From positions 2,666,001 to 2,730,000 of the forward strand of contig OZ237735.1 of the NCBI GenBank assembly GCA_965178125.1: 64,000 bases of DNA, written 5' to 3'. Made by a program: the position numbers and the translations under genes. Position 1 is the first letter of the stretch. Each line of letters begins with the position of its first letter. The stretch is from Bilabrum cf. latius. Its lineage: Eukaryota. The notes below the pieces were generated by a model. It searched no databases, was not told the DNA's origin, and saw only the letters and a program-made list of their open reading frames with translations. Positions 38,518 through 49,520 of this stretch are shown here, in pieces.

Positions 38518-41500
38518 TCAGTCAGCCGCGCACATGCCCACCTCGGTGAGGCTGTACACGACCGAGTCCCCGTCGAACTCGAACCGAACTGGCAGCCCAG
38601 CGGACATGAGCGCCTTCCCAGACAGCGTGATGCCCTTCGAGCCGAGCGAGCCGAACTGCCACACCGGCTCCGAGGGGTTGTGCACGATCTGGCCAGTGGC
38701 CGGGGCCCGGCTCAGCGTACCGGGGCAGATCTCCTGCAGCTGGTACCTCTTGTTAGGATTCAGGCCCTTCAGCTTCAGGCGTGGAAACGTCTGGCCCGCG
38801 TCTTTGTTGATGCAGAAGGCCATCACCACGGCTCGATCCGGCCACCTTGCCCTCCTCCGAGGCCTCCTCGCTCGGCTGCTGCCACCGGCAGAGGACCTGT
38901 CCGGGGAAACCACCGATGCCGCCCCCGACCCCGCCCCCGTCTCAGCCGCAGTATCGCCATCGCCGCCACCCACTCTGCCCTCTGGAGAGCCCCCCTCCTC
39001 CTCCTCGCCATCACCGCTCCCGCTCGCAGACCCAGTCCCTGCTCCCTCGCCCGAAGCATCCTCGGGTACCGCAGGCAGCGCATCGCTGAGCAGCTGACCC
39101 TGAGAACCGCCGACTGGCAGGGAAATGCTGCGATCGCTGTCGGCGCGGGCCAGCAGCCCATGCCCATGCCCCGGGCCAGCACCCGCCGGCACAGCCCCGC
39201 CCACCGACGGATGACCGCCTGAGCGCACCTGTCCCGCCGAGTGCCACGCCAAGTCGCTTGGCTCCTGCTCAAACGGCTCTAGCCCGGCCGCCTGCATCGC
39301 GCTGCTCTCTGCCTCTCGCACCATGTGCAGCGCCTCCAATTCCTCGGGTGCAGGGGCCAAGGGGGCCCCCGCATACGTGCTCTCGTCATGTCCTGGTTGC
39401 ACCGAGGAGACGTCGGCGGTGGGGGCAGTGCCCCAGCCCGCGCTGCCCCCGCTCTTCCTCCCCCGCTGCTGCTGCTCCGCCGAGTCGCCGAACGCCCCGA
39501 TGTCGAGCCCGAGGTCTCCACCGGATGAAGCGCCGTCGCTCTCTGCGCCGTCCGCGCCCTTGCTCTCTCCAGCTCGGGTGACGTGCGGGCTCGGCATGGC
39601 CCTCTGCTGTGACGGAGGCTCGGTGCCCGGGCTCAGCATGCCGCCCATGCCGACAGGTGGTGACGCGGAGTCGCTGCCTGCCACAGTAGAGGGGTGTGGC
39701 GAGCGCTTCTGTCCACCCGCTGGTGTTTTGCCGCCGTGGCCGTTGGACTGCTGGCCTGCCATCGCACCGGACTTGCCCGTGCCCCGAAACAGCTTGAGTC
39801 GTCCCGAGTTGGGCGGCCGGTCACCGACCGCGGTGGAAGCGGCCTTGACGGCTTTGGCGACCGTGCCTTGGCCGGCTGCGTCTGCAGCAACTGCCGGGGG
39901 CGAGGCAGACAGCCGCCCAGGGAGCTCCACGTCAACCACGGACCCGTCCGCGTCAGGCCTGGCCGCCCACACGCCCTCCGCGACAGTGTCCCTCCACTCG
40001 TCGTAAAAGTGCTGCAGCCGGGTTGCGCGCTCCAGCTCCCTGCCCTCCGCGACGAACATCCAGGCGGCGGTCTTGTTCCCCTTGAAGGGGGACCACAGGC
40101 GGTGCTGCCTGCCCCAGTACACGATGGGGCTCAGCTCGTCCCGCAGCCTGATGAACTGCCGCAGCTCCTCGCGCTCCTCCTGCGAGAGCTTGCGGATGTC
40201 CAACTCAAGGCCAAAGGTCCCCGCCAGGGCCACTAGGAAACGGGTCTTGAGGGAGGTCACGCGCAGGGTCTGGTGGTTCGGGACGGTGCTGATGTGCGCG
40301 CCCACAGTAGAGACGGGGTACACCAGGCTGGTGCCGTGCTGGATGGTGAGCCTCGAAATGGCGTCCGTGTTGTCGCTGGCCCAAATTTGCGACGAGTAGT
40401 ACAGCATGCCGGGGTCAAATCGACCGCCTCCGCCGCTGCAAGATTCGATCAGAATGTAGGGGAACCGCTCGTTGAGCTCTCGGAACACGCGATACACGCC
40501 GCGCAGGTGCCTGTAGAAGGTCTCGCCCTAGCGTGCGGGGGGAAGCGCAGCGCTGTACACCTCGCTCAGCGAGCGGTTGCAGTCCCACTTGACGTACCGG
40601 ATGCGCACCGTAGCCAAGATGCTCGTGAGCCGCATCAACACGTAATCTACCACCTCATCGCGGCTGAAGTCCAGCACCAGCTGGTTGCGGCCCTCGGACC
40701 TTCGCCGCCCAGGCACCTGCAGGCACCAGTCGGGGTGCTGCCTGTACAGCTCGCTGCGGACGTTGATCATCTCCGGCTCCACCCAGAGCCCAAAGTGCAC
40801 GTCCATCGCCTCCAGGTCCTCGCCCAGCGCGCGAAGTCCCCGCGGGAACTTCTTCCTGTCCACGTACCAGTCACCGAGAGAGGAGTTGTCGCTGTTGCGC
40901 TCTCCGAACCACCCGTCGTCCACCACAAGCAGGACGGCCTGATCCTCGGGCACCACGCCCCGCGCGTGCTTGGCCAGCTCGAGAATGGACGCGGCGTCGA
41001 TGTCAAAGTAGCACGCCTCCCAGGAATTGACGATCACGCTGGGAATGTGGTACCTCCACTGCGGACGAACCAGCCGCTTGCGAATCACGTCATGGAACTG
41101 CTTGGACATGCCACCGAGCCCGTCGGGACTGTACACGCACATGACTTCTGGGGTTTCGAACGTCTGGCCCGGCAGCAGCTGCCACCTGAAGTTGGCGGGA
41201 TGCAGCCCGGCGTTGATGCGGAGCCTCTGCGACTCTGCCACGTCGCACTCCATCCTGAAGTTGCCCGAATACACGAGCGAGAAACCGTACACCTCGCCGC
41301 TCTCCTCCCTCGGCTTCCCCTCGGACACCGCCACGAAGGGGTTGTGCTGGTGGCTCGACTGCCCCCTCCTGCTCTCGATGTACGAGATGCCCTGCACGAG
41401 CTTGCGAGAGACCATCTACCTTTCCCCCGCCCACGCGCCCGACAGGTGGGTGAGGTGGTGGTCAGACGCGTACATGTCGACCGTCATCGACATGAGGCGG

Positions 41501-44084
41501 TTGAGCACCACGCGGCGCCTGCCGATGTTCCGCACCACCGCTTTCCGCACGATCACGTCGCTGTCGGCGGAGACAGTGTACACCAGGTCCACGAAGAGCT
41601 TCATGAAGCGGTCCACCAGGGTCACCACCAAGGTGGTCGTGCGCGCGTCACCCTGCCCAAGCGACCTCAGCCTGGGCATGTCGATGGCACTGCCGGCCGA
41701 GGTCTCGTCGTCGTCTAGGTCCGTGCTGAAACCAGCTGCCATGGCCCCTTCCTCCGGCTTGTGCCTCCCCTAGAAGATCCTGTGCGAGCAGTACTTCATC
41801 GGGCTGATCGAGCTACCGTCCGCGTACCGGACCTCGAACGAGGGCACGCGGTAGTCGCCCGTCCCGCCCTCACTCCATTCCAGCAGCTTCATGTTGTGGC
41901 CCGCAATCACCTCAAACTCCGTCTCTGCGTCCTCACGGGCCGCCTCGGGGGCCAGCTGCAGGCTGGTGGCCACGCTGGGAGACCTGCTCTCCCTCATGCC
42001 CATGTGCGGGGACGCGTCATCCTGCGTGTCCAGCTGCGTGTCGATCTTGCTGGGTTGAGCGCCACCCGAGGGGCCAGGTTGGGGCGTGTCCCCGTGGGCC
42101 ACACGAGCCTTCTGATCCTCGGCGTCTTCTCTCCTCTTGATCTCTTTCTTGTGCTTCTGTAGCTTCTACTCCTGCTCATGGGACGTGGGCGCCTCCTCCT
42201 TGGCAGCCGTTGTTTCGTCCGTCTGGTGAGTCGCGCCCATGGTCACCCTGTGGCCTTCCGAGGGCGGCAGGGGGGCGGCGCTGCCGCCTTTCTCCACATT
42301 ACCAGGCCTGTGTGCCTTCCGTGCCTAGCCATCGGCTGGCAGGTCAACATCGCGCATGGATGGGCGCAGGGGCAGGTGCGGCGGGGGCGCGGTGGCGGCG
42401 TCATCGTCATGCCCTCCAGCAGGACGAGAGCTCGATGCCTCGTTCGGAGAAGCTGCAACGGATGGAAGCTCCCCGTCCGAGATCAAGCGCCGCTCCCTGT
42501 CAGATACGCCTGGCATGCCAGCGGGGTACGTGGCGGGGAGTTCCTCGCTCTCTGAGGGGTTCTGCCGGATCATGTGGGAGGGCAGCTGCGGGAGGGCCTC
42601 GCCGATGGGCGCCGGGAGAGAGGCCGTGACGACTGCGCTGTCCGGCTGCCCGATGCGGTCGATGATTTCCTGCGCCAGCTCCATGGTCGGCGCGTAGGAG
42701 GACGAGTGCGACTCGGAGCCTAATCCCGGCGTGCCATCCCCCTCGCCCTCATCCCCCGCTGGCAAGCCCTGCCTGGCCTGCCCGCCCGGCTGGCTGCTGG
42801 TGTCGCCAGAGGCCTGGCTGTGGGCTGCTCCGAAGTCTGCCCCGGTGTGCACGCTGTTTGCAGCGGCAACTGCCGCTGCAGAAGCTGCGTCCTGCATGAG
42901 CTCGTGCTGGCTGGCGTGCGATCTCGATCTCGAGCGGGCCATGCCGGCCGGTGGGCTCATGCCCGGGGAACCGGGGGGCTGCGGGGGATGGGGAGGGGGC
43001 CGGCTCTAGCACTGGCTGGGGCCTGCGGCTGCTGAGGCTGAGCCCCCTAGCTCTTGCCCTTTCTCTTCGTGTCCCGCCAGAAAGGGCACCCGGGATCCAA
43101 CTCCGGTGGCGGCCCCGGTACCCTTGCCGTGCATCTTGGGCATGAGAGTGCCGGCAGAGGCGGCGTGGTGCATGTCTGAAGCTGCGGGGTGGGGCGGGCT
43201 TGCAGTGCCCTCCTTCTCCCCCTCACCATCACCACCAACCCCCCTTGATGCCCCCACGCTCCCCTACTACTGGCCCCCCTTCACCTCTAGCCCCCTGCTG
43301 CTGACGCGCGCCTGGGACGGTCCTTGCACCTGCGCGTGCCCGTGCCCGTGGCTGTGCCCGCCCCGGAACAGCTCCGACACACTTTTGGACTCATGCACGT
43401 GGGTCCCGCCCGCTTTGAAGCTGGTGCGGTACACGGGCCCGCCGTCTCCTCCCGGCTCACCGGCCTCCAGGAAGCCGTCATCGCCTTCGGGGGGCACCAT
43501 CCGTCCAGAACTGCGTCGCACCCCTGCAGGAACTGGTGGGCCGCGCTCAATGGGGGGAAGCTCTCGAGTGTCCGGCGGTTGATCCAGATGCCCGGCTTTC
43601 AGGCCCCCTTGGGCTGCCTTTCCCAGTCGAAAGCGGTCGGTCGGCAAGAAGGCGGGATCAACAGGCGCTACAGCGCCCCCGCCATGACTACGCGGAGTAA
43701 CGTACTCATCATGCTCTTCTCCGGAATTGGAAGGCTGCGAGGGAGGCCTGGTGCATGCAACTCAGCCAAACTTCGAGATCAATATCAAGATCAGTGGAGT
43801 GACGGCAGGCGCAGTCTGCCTTCTCTCACCTTGGGATCGAACGGCAGAGAAATGTTTGCAAAGCTAAGATAGCCCAAGTTATCTAGATCACCAGAATCTA
43901 CGGTGTTTCCCCAGTACAAGTGTTCAAGCCAACCATGGCCGTCTATGCGGAAGGCATACGAGCTGTCGCTGCTCGATAGGACAAATATCCTCGAACGCTC
44001 CCGAAACACAACCGTCCCCGGCTCCAACGGGGCCATTATATGCTGGAGATCAATCGCTGAGGGCATCTGATTCATATTTGCCAT
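38518..44084 (-). CDS. Alpha-galactosidase, glycoside hydrolase family 36, ~1823 aa with large low-complexity insertions; exons 44084-43830 and 43734-38518
   Basis: SSYAFRID..LEHLYWG, GTGDYRVPS, LSGAWAGER, SSHQHNPF, NSWEACYF, VVDDGWFGERNSD..SLGDW, FGLWVEPEMI, catalytic YVKWD, ESCSGGGGRFD and WASDNTDA. Intron 43829-43735 is GTGAGA..CGCAG. There are 8 in-frame TAGs; the gene ends on TGA. Confidence 0.92.
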
Positions 44085-44547
44085 TTTTCGTTGCAATATG
44101 GACGAGGTGCAATCGCGCCGTCGCCGCGTGGCTTTGCGACCAGTAGTGCCAAGGGAGATTTCCACCAAGTTCTCGCCAATTCAACCCCGTCCTTCGTTTC
44201 AGAGCAAGATTCAGCTTTATGTAGAGTACAAGATTTATAGCACTTCGGTGCAGTCGTATTCAAGGCTGTGCGCTCGCCGTATGTGCCCAGTTGCACTTGA
44301 CCAACTCGGAGCCCGAAGATCTGTCTTGGATCCGCAAGACTGCAGGAACAGTTGCCGCGTCTGTCCCAATTAGCCTCCCCATTCTCGTTCCGACCATCCA
44401 ATAGCCGCAAATTGACGTGTACCAGTCTATAAGCCTCTGTCGTGCGCCGATTTTGAATCTGGGCTTGGAACAAGCGGCGTCTGCATGGTGTGACATTCGG
44501 TTTGGTCTAGTTTCTGCCTTGGTTTGTAGCTTTCAGCCACGGGGGAA

Positions 44548-47277
44548 ATGCACGCTCGCTGTGAAGGACCCTAGTCGATTCAATTCTCTTTCGTGGACTG
44601 GAGCACGGTCATAGTATACTTTGCAGCCATCTTCGTGGTGGCATGGGTGGCAGGCCGTCCCGCTGCTGGCGCGGAGAAAGAGAGCGCCGCCTCCTTTTTC
44701 ATGGCAGAGAGAGGCGTTCTGTGGTTTGGAGTCGGGGGGTCTCTTTTCATGAGCAACATTGGCGCAGAGTCGTTCGTCGGTCTCGCCGGCACTGCCGCAT
44801 CCTCCGGCGTGGCAGTCTCCGTGTTCGAGATGTTCAGCCTGGTCCCGCTCATGATTCTCGCCTTCGTGCTGCTGCCCGTGTTCATGCGGGACCGAGTGTC
44901 CACCACGATGGAGTGGCTCGAGCGGCGGTTCGGTCCGTGCGCCCGGCAGTCGGTGGTCTGCCTCAGCCTGGCCATGTACGTCCTTACCAAGATATCTGCC
45001 ACCCTGTACGCGGGCGGTCTCATCGTGGGGGTGCTCACGGGCGCGGATTCGACCCTCGCCGTGGTGGCTCTGATCGCCGCCACGGTGCTGTACACGGCGC
45101 TCGGGGGTCTCCGCGCGGTGGTGTGGACGGAGATGCTGCAGACCGTGGTGCTGCTCGTGGGAGGGTCGCTCGTCTCCGCGCTGGCAGTGGTCAAAGCTGG
45201 GGGCATGCGGTCGCTCGTTTCGGCCCTGAACTCGGGGAACAGCGACAGTCCCTGGGTGCTGCCCCACTGGGACGAGTGGGGCGACAGAGACGATGCACCC
45301 GGGTCCGAGCCGCTGCCTCCCCCTTCTGACGGGGGTGACATGATGGGCGCCTTCTGCTCGGCTTCGTTCGGGCTGCTGGGCAGGTGTGACCAGGAGTAGC
45401 TAAACCACCCAACGGTTGCAACCACCGGCAACATTTCCGATTCCGAATCCTCCTGTGACTCGCTGCCATGGTCCACACCGACGCCCGAGGAGCTGTACCC
45501 TCCCCAGCCGCTGGCCGCCCCCTACGAGGGCTACGACAGGATGAGCCTTTGGAGACCCGTGCACGACAAGACCTACCCGTGGACGGGTCTCCTGACGGGC
45601 TTCATGGTGATCAGCACGTGGTACTGGGCCTGCGACCAGGTGCTCTCCCAGAGGGCCCTCGCGGCCAGAGACGTGTCCCACGGGGAGCTGGGCGCCATGG
45701 TGGCTGCTGGCTTGAAGCTGCTGCCTGCCTTCCTGCTGGTGCTGCCCGGCATGGCGGCACGGGTGCTGATGGTGCAGGATGGGCTGCTGCCGTGGGCTGT
45801 GCCGAGCGACAGCGTGCCGCCCGCCGTGTTCGATGGGGCATACCCGTGGCTCATCGGGCGGGTGCTGCCGCTTCACCTGCGCGGCATTGTCGTGGCAGCG
45901 GTGCTCGCCAGCCTCATGAGCTCGCTGGCCTCTGTGTTCAACAGCGCGGGGACAGTGGTGGCTGTGGACGTGTACCAGAGGAACGAGTGCTGCCAGAGGG
46001 CTCTGCGGGGGCCCTGCCTGCGCTGCAAGCACCTGAATGAATCGATCCTGGCGAGCGTGCAAGGTGCCTGCGGATGCTAGGGGGGCATTGGAGGTGCTGG
46101 CGGCGGTGCTAGCAAAGGCAGAGGCAGAGGGAATGGGAGTGTTCGGGATCGAAACGCGGCCGTGGATGACACCCTTATGCCTGAGCACCGCGGCACGGAG
46201 CTGGAGGGACTCAAGCAGGGGGTAACCCTCATGCCTGAGCACCGCGGCACGGAGCTGGAGGGACTCAAGCAGGGGGTAAGCAGGGGCGGCGAGGCCACGA
46301 CAGCAGCTGCAACGGCGGCGGTGGCTGCCTCGGGAGGAGCAGCCGCAGCCGCTGCCCCCATGTCGACGGCGGTGCTGCCGCTGGCTGCAACTGTCACGGG
46401 CAGGATGGAGGGGGCTCAGCAGGGGGCCTTGGAGGCAGAGATGGAAGGGGCTGCGCTGCTTCGGCACGAGAGGGGGGGTAGTGCAGCAAGAACCGGGAGC
46501 TTGGCTGGTGATGCAAACGCTGGGCTACCTACATCTACATCTGCATCTGCTGCAAGCCGCCCAGCCGCGGGCACAGCTGCCCCAGGGCCGAGAGCACACG
46601 GGCAGGATGGTGGGACAGCTGGGGACCCGGGCGAGCTGGCTGTAGGGGAGGACGAGGAAGACGTGATCGTCTACGTGGGGCGCATGGCCGTCGTGCTGCT
46701 TGGGGCCATCTCCGTCGCTTGGCTGCCCGTCATCCCTCTCCTGGGCCAGCAGCTGTTCGTATACGTGCAGCTGCCGCCAGCTTTCTTTGCCGGTCCCGTG
46801 GTGGTGCTGTACCTCGGAGGTGCTGTGATGGGGGAGCAGCTGGCGAATGACTGGGGCGCGGTCGCGTGCATTGCCGTGGGGTGGGCCCTGGGCGCGATTC
46901 GGTTCTTGGGCGAGCTCGGCGGATGGACAGAATCGCTCGGTTGGTTCGGGCGCATGCACTACCTTCACTTCGCGGCGGTGAGCGCGGTGATATCACTGGC
47001 AGTGCTTCTCGTTGGCACCGCGGTGTCTGTTGCTGTTGGATGCGATAGGAAAGCCACTGGCCACGAGCGATACGTCCCGTTCGACTGCGGCCTTCGCCAT
47101 AAGGTGCTCCAGCAGCAGCTGAGAGAGGCCGGGGCCGGACATGGCGGTGGTGGTGAAGCAAAGTGTCCCTGCACTATCGGAGCTGAGGATGGAAGCATAG
47201 GAGGAAGCAAAATGGCTTGGGTAGTTGCTGCTGTTGTCGGTGCAGGCTTACTTGCCATGATCATAATCCTTTCATAA
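44548..47277 (+). CDS. Sodium:solute symporter (SLC5/SGLT-type sugar or inositol transporter), ~909 aa
   Basis: FFMAER..WFGVGGSLFMSNIGAESFVGLAG, TTMEWLERRFG, YTALGGLRAVVWTE, WYWACDQVLSQRALAA and MSSLASVFNS, plus a C-terminal TM helix ending IIILS-TAA. In-frame TAGs at 44572, 45397 and 46078. The start is uncertain because an upstream exon is possible. Confidence 0.9.
46171..46279. repeat. 54-bp tandem duplication in the symporter loop (TLMPEHRGTELEGLKQGV x2)
   Basis: Near-identical units start at 46171 and 46225. Confidence 0.95.
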
Positions 47278-47903
47278 TTTGTTTATTATAATGCAGCATG
47301 GTAGTTGTCTTCGTTCATATGTGATTGGACCCGCCTGAGCCCTGCCGACCTCAGAAGCTAAGCAATCACCAGTCGGGCCAGTACTAGCGTGGGTGACCAG
47401 CTGGGAAGCCCCGATGATGAAGGCCTCAACTTTTTGTGCCGTTTCGATCAATTCAACTGCTGCCTTCGCACCGGTGACTGCGATTATTGTGTTAACAATT
47501 GCCTTCATAATGCCTGCGTTCATCGAAGGCAATTTAGGATGCGCTGCAAGATCCAGCCGGCGACCGCAGCTGCATTGCCACGCCTGTTACGACTGGTAAA
47601 CTGTCCCAACGGTAACATGATTCGAATATGGACTAATTGCTTAAAATAGAAAGATAAAAAGTTCGTACAATTTTGCGGGCCGATAACTTGTGGGTGCGAT
47701 CGATGCACCCATCCAGTCCGGCCCGACTTTAACACATGCTTGGCAATAGGCTGCCGAACAGGCCTACGTTAGATCCGATGGGCTGCCTCAGCTTGATTCA
47801 CACTGTGCAATTGTGGTCAAGAAGGAGCCCCAGTCGTCGGGTGTAGAGCCGGTTTGGTACGCGTTATTGCCTACGCTATCTGTATAGCACCGTAGCTTGA
47901 CGG

Positions 47904-48749
47904 TTGCATCACAATCCCACCGTGTGCTTTGCAAAGGCACCGCTAGTGACTGTCACGGAGCTAATACCGTCCTCCAGTCGCTCTGCGCGGCAGAAGGCGT
48001 CCATGGTCTCCGCCGTCTGTGAACGCGCCCGATCGATCGGGGCGAGCAGCGCGGCCGTGGGGGAGACAGGGGTCGCCCTGGGGCGCCGGCCCAAAGAAAA
48101 GTCGCCCCATTTAGTCCTGCGCGGCGTGGGATCGCGACTTCCGGTGCCAGCCGACCGTACCAGCGCCTTGCCGTCTATCGTCGGCTCTGTCGTGTCACCA
48201 CCGGCAGTGCTGATCCTCGCCCTCTGGCTCTCGGAACACCCTGCGTCCTTAAGCGCCAATGCCGATAAATCCAGCCTCAGAGCGGGCTTTAGTCTCCCAC
48301 TACCTCCAGACTACTGCGCAGCCGAAAACATCGTCCCTGGAACCTCACCGCTGACCTTGGCGCTGCTCCCAGCGTCCAGTTCTGCGCTCGAGCCACTGCC
48401 AGTGGCACATTTGGCTCCCATGAGAGGGGTGCTACACGTGCTTTGGGGCGATCTATTCGTCGGTTCGCACATGCCGCTTTCAATGCCTGGGCTGTCTGGT
48501 GCTGCTGTTGTGCTGGACGCATACGTCAGCCTCAAGCTGTCCCCCGCTGGCGCCGCAGCGGAACCTTGGGCCGTGGTGGACAGCGGCCGACGTGCCAGAG
48601 CCAAATGTTCGGCTCGGGCGCGATCGCTGAAATCGCAGCAAATTCAGTTTAAATATTATAATAATCGGCTTGGGCGAAGGCGTCCCGTGCCCGAGACAAA
48701 CTTTCGGCCCGGGCACGGCCGCTGTCCAGCGGGGGACGAGGCTGAGTGA
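47904..48749 (+). CDS. Probable exon of an unidentified plus-strand gene; structure unresolved
   Basis: A 281-codon open frame with globular-looking segments (GVLHVLWGDLFVGSH, AAVVLDAYVSLKL). The opposite-strand ORFs have the S/T/A-rich composition typical of antisense shadows in this window. No convincing start or splice model was found. Confidence 0.3.
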   Translation: MHHNPTVCFAKAPLVTVTELIPSSSRSARQKASMVSAVCERARSIGASSAAVGETGVALGRRPKEKSPHLVLRGVGSRLPVPADRTSALPSIVGSVVSPPAVLILALWLSEHPASLSANADKSSLRAGFSLPLPPDYCAAENIVPGTSPLTLALLPASSSALEPLPVAHLAPMRGVLHVLWGDLFVGSHMPLSMPGLSGAAVVLDAYVSLKLSPAGAAAEPWAVVDSGRRARAKCSARARSLKSQQIQFKYYNNRLGRRRPVPETNFRPGHGRCPAGDEAE

Positions 48750-49520
48750 ATGTCATCATCGATATCATGACGCACCCCGTGGTGGTGTTTGTGGTTTGCG
48801 AGGCGTTGAATGTGCAATGTACTGCTGAACAGGAACCCCTTGAATGCAATCGCGTGCGCCGCCAGGATATGCAGTTGCCAAGCAGACAAGCCCACAGAGG
48901 GCTACCCGCTGACACTGGCAGTGCCTCAGTGCCACCCTGAGTACCGGCCCAGGCGACGGGACAGTGACCGTGGCGCCACCCTTACTGGCCCCGCCTGAGC
49001 GGCAGCACGAATTAAAGTAGTCCCTCCTGGCTGCGGGCCCGGCTCGTTTCCTCCCGTCTGCGTGCTGCTGGCGGACTGGTGGCTAGCCCGAAAAGAACCC
49101 ATTTATGTTAATTTCCGTGCGCCCTTTGCCACCGCTTGATATTCCAGGCAGGTCAGTGCAAACACTGCAGGGGAGTCGCGCCTCGCACCTGCCGCTAGTA
49201 GTGCCTGGATTGCGGTAGGCAGCAGGCAGGGGGCATGAGCGCCTCCACTGACACGCAGGCAGGGGCTTCGCCCGGTGCGAGCACGACGTATGCACCAACT
49301 CACATCTCCTGCAGCTGTGCCAGAAACCCCATGGGCCGTCTCGCAGGCCCACCAGATCCGCGTAAGCGACGGTGCTGAGGAACCGAGTGGCCCGCCGCCG
49401 CCGGGGTGCCACCCTAGCGGCTAGACACAACTTGTGAAGCCCGCTGAGGCACTTTGCGCGCTATGCTTACCAAGTCAGTCATGCCCCGTCTCACAACCTG
49501 ACTGTGGGATAATTTTGGGT

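Noticed and set aside
38518-47277. Bacterial contamination or a phage with table-15 recoding
   Set aside because: Spliceosomal introns and eukaryote-specific genes (RPB7, POT1, NEK, BLTP1) share the same code on the same contig.
47272-47649. Short ORFs 47272-47532 (-) and 47389-47649 (+) as genes or as a TAA read-through extension of the symporter
   Set aside because: No recognisable motifs. The symporter already ends at its expected C-terminal TM helix, and a second TAA follows in frame at 47359.
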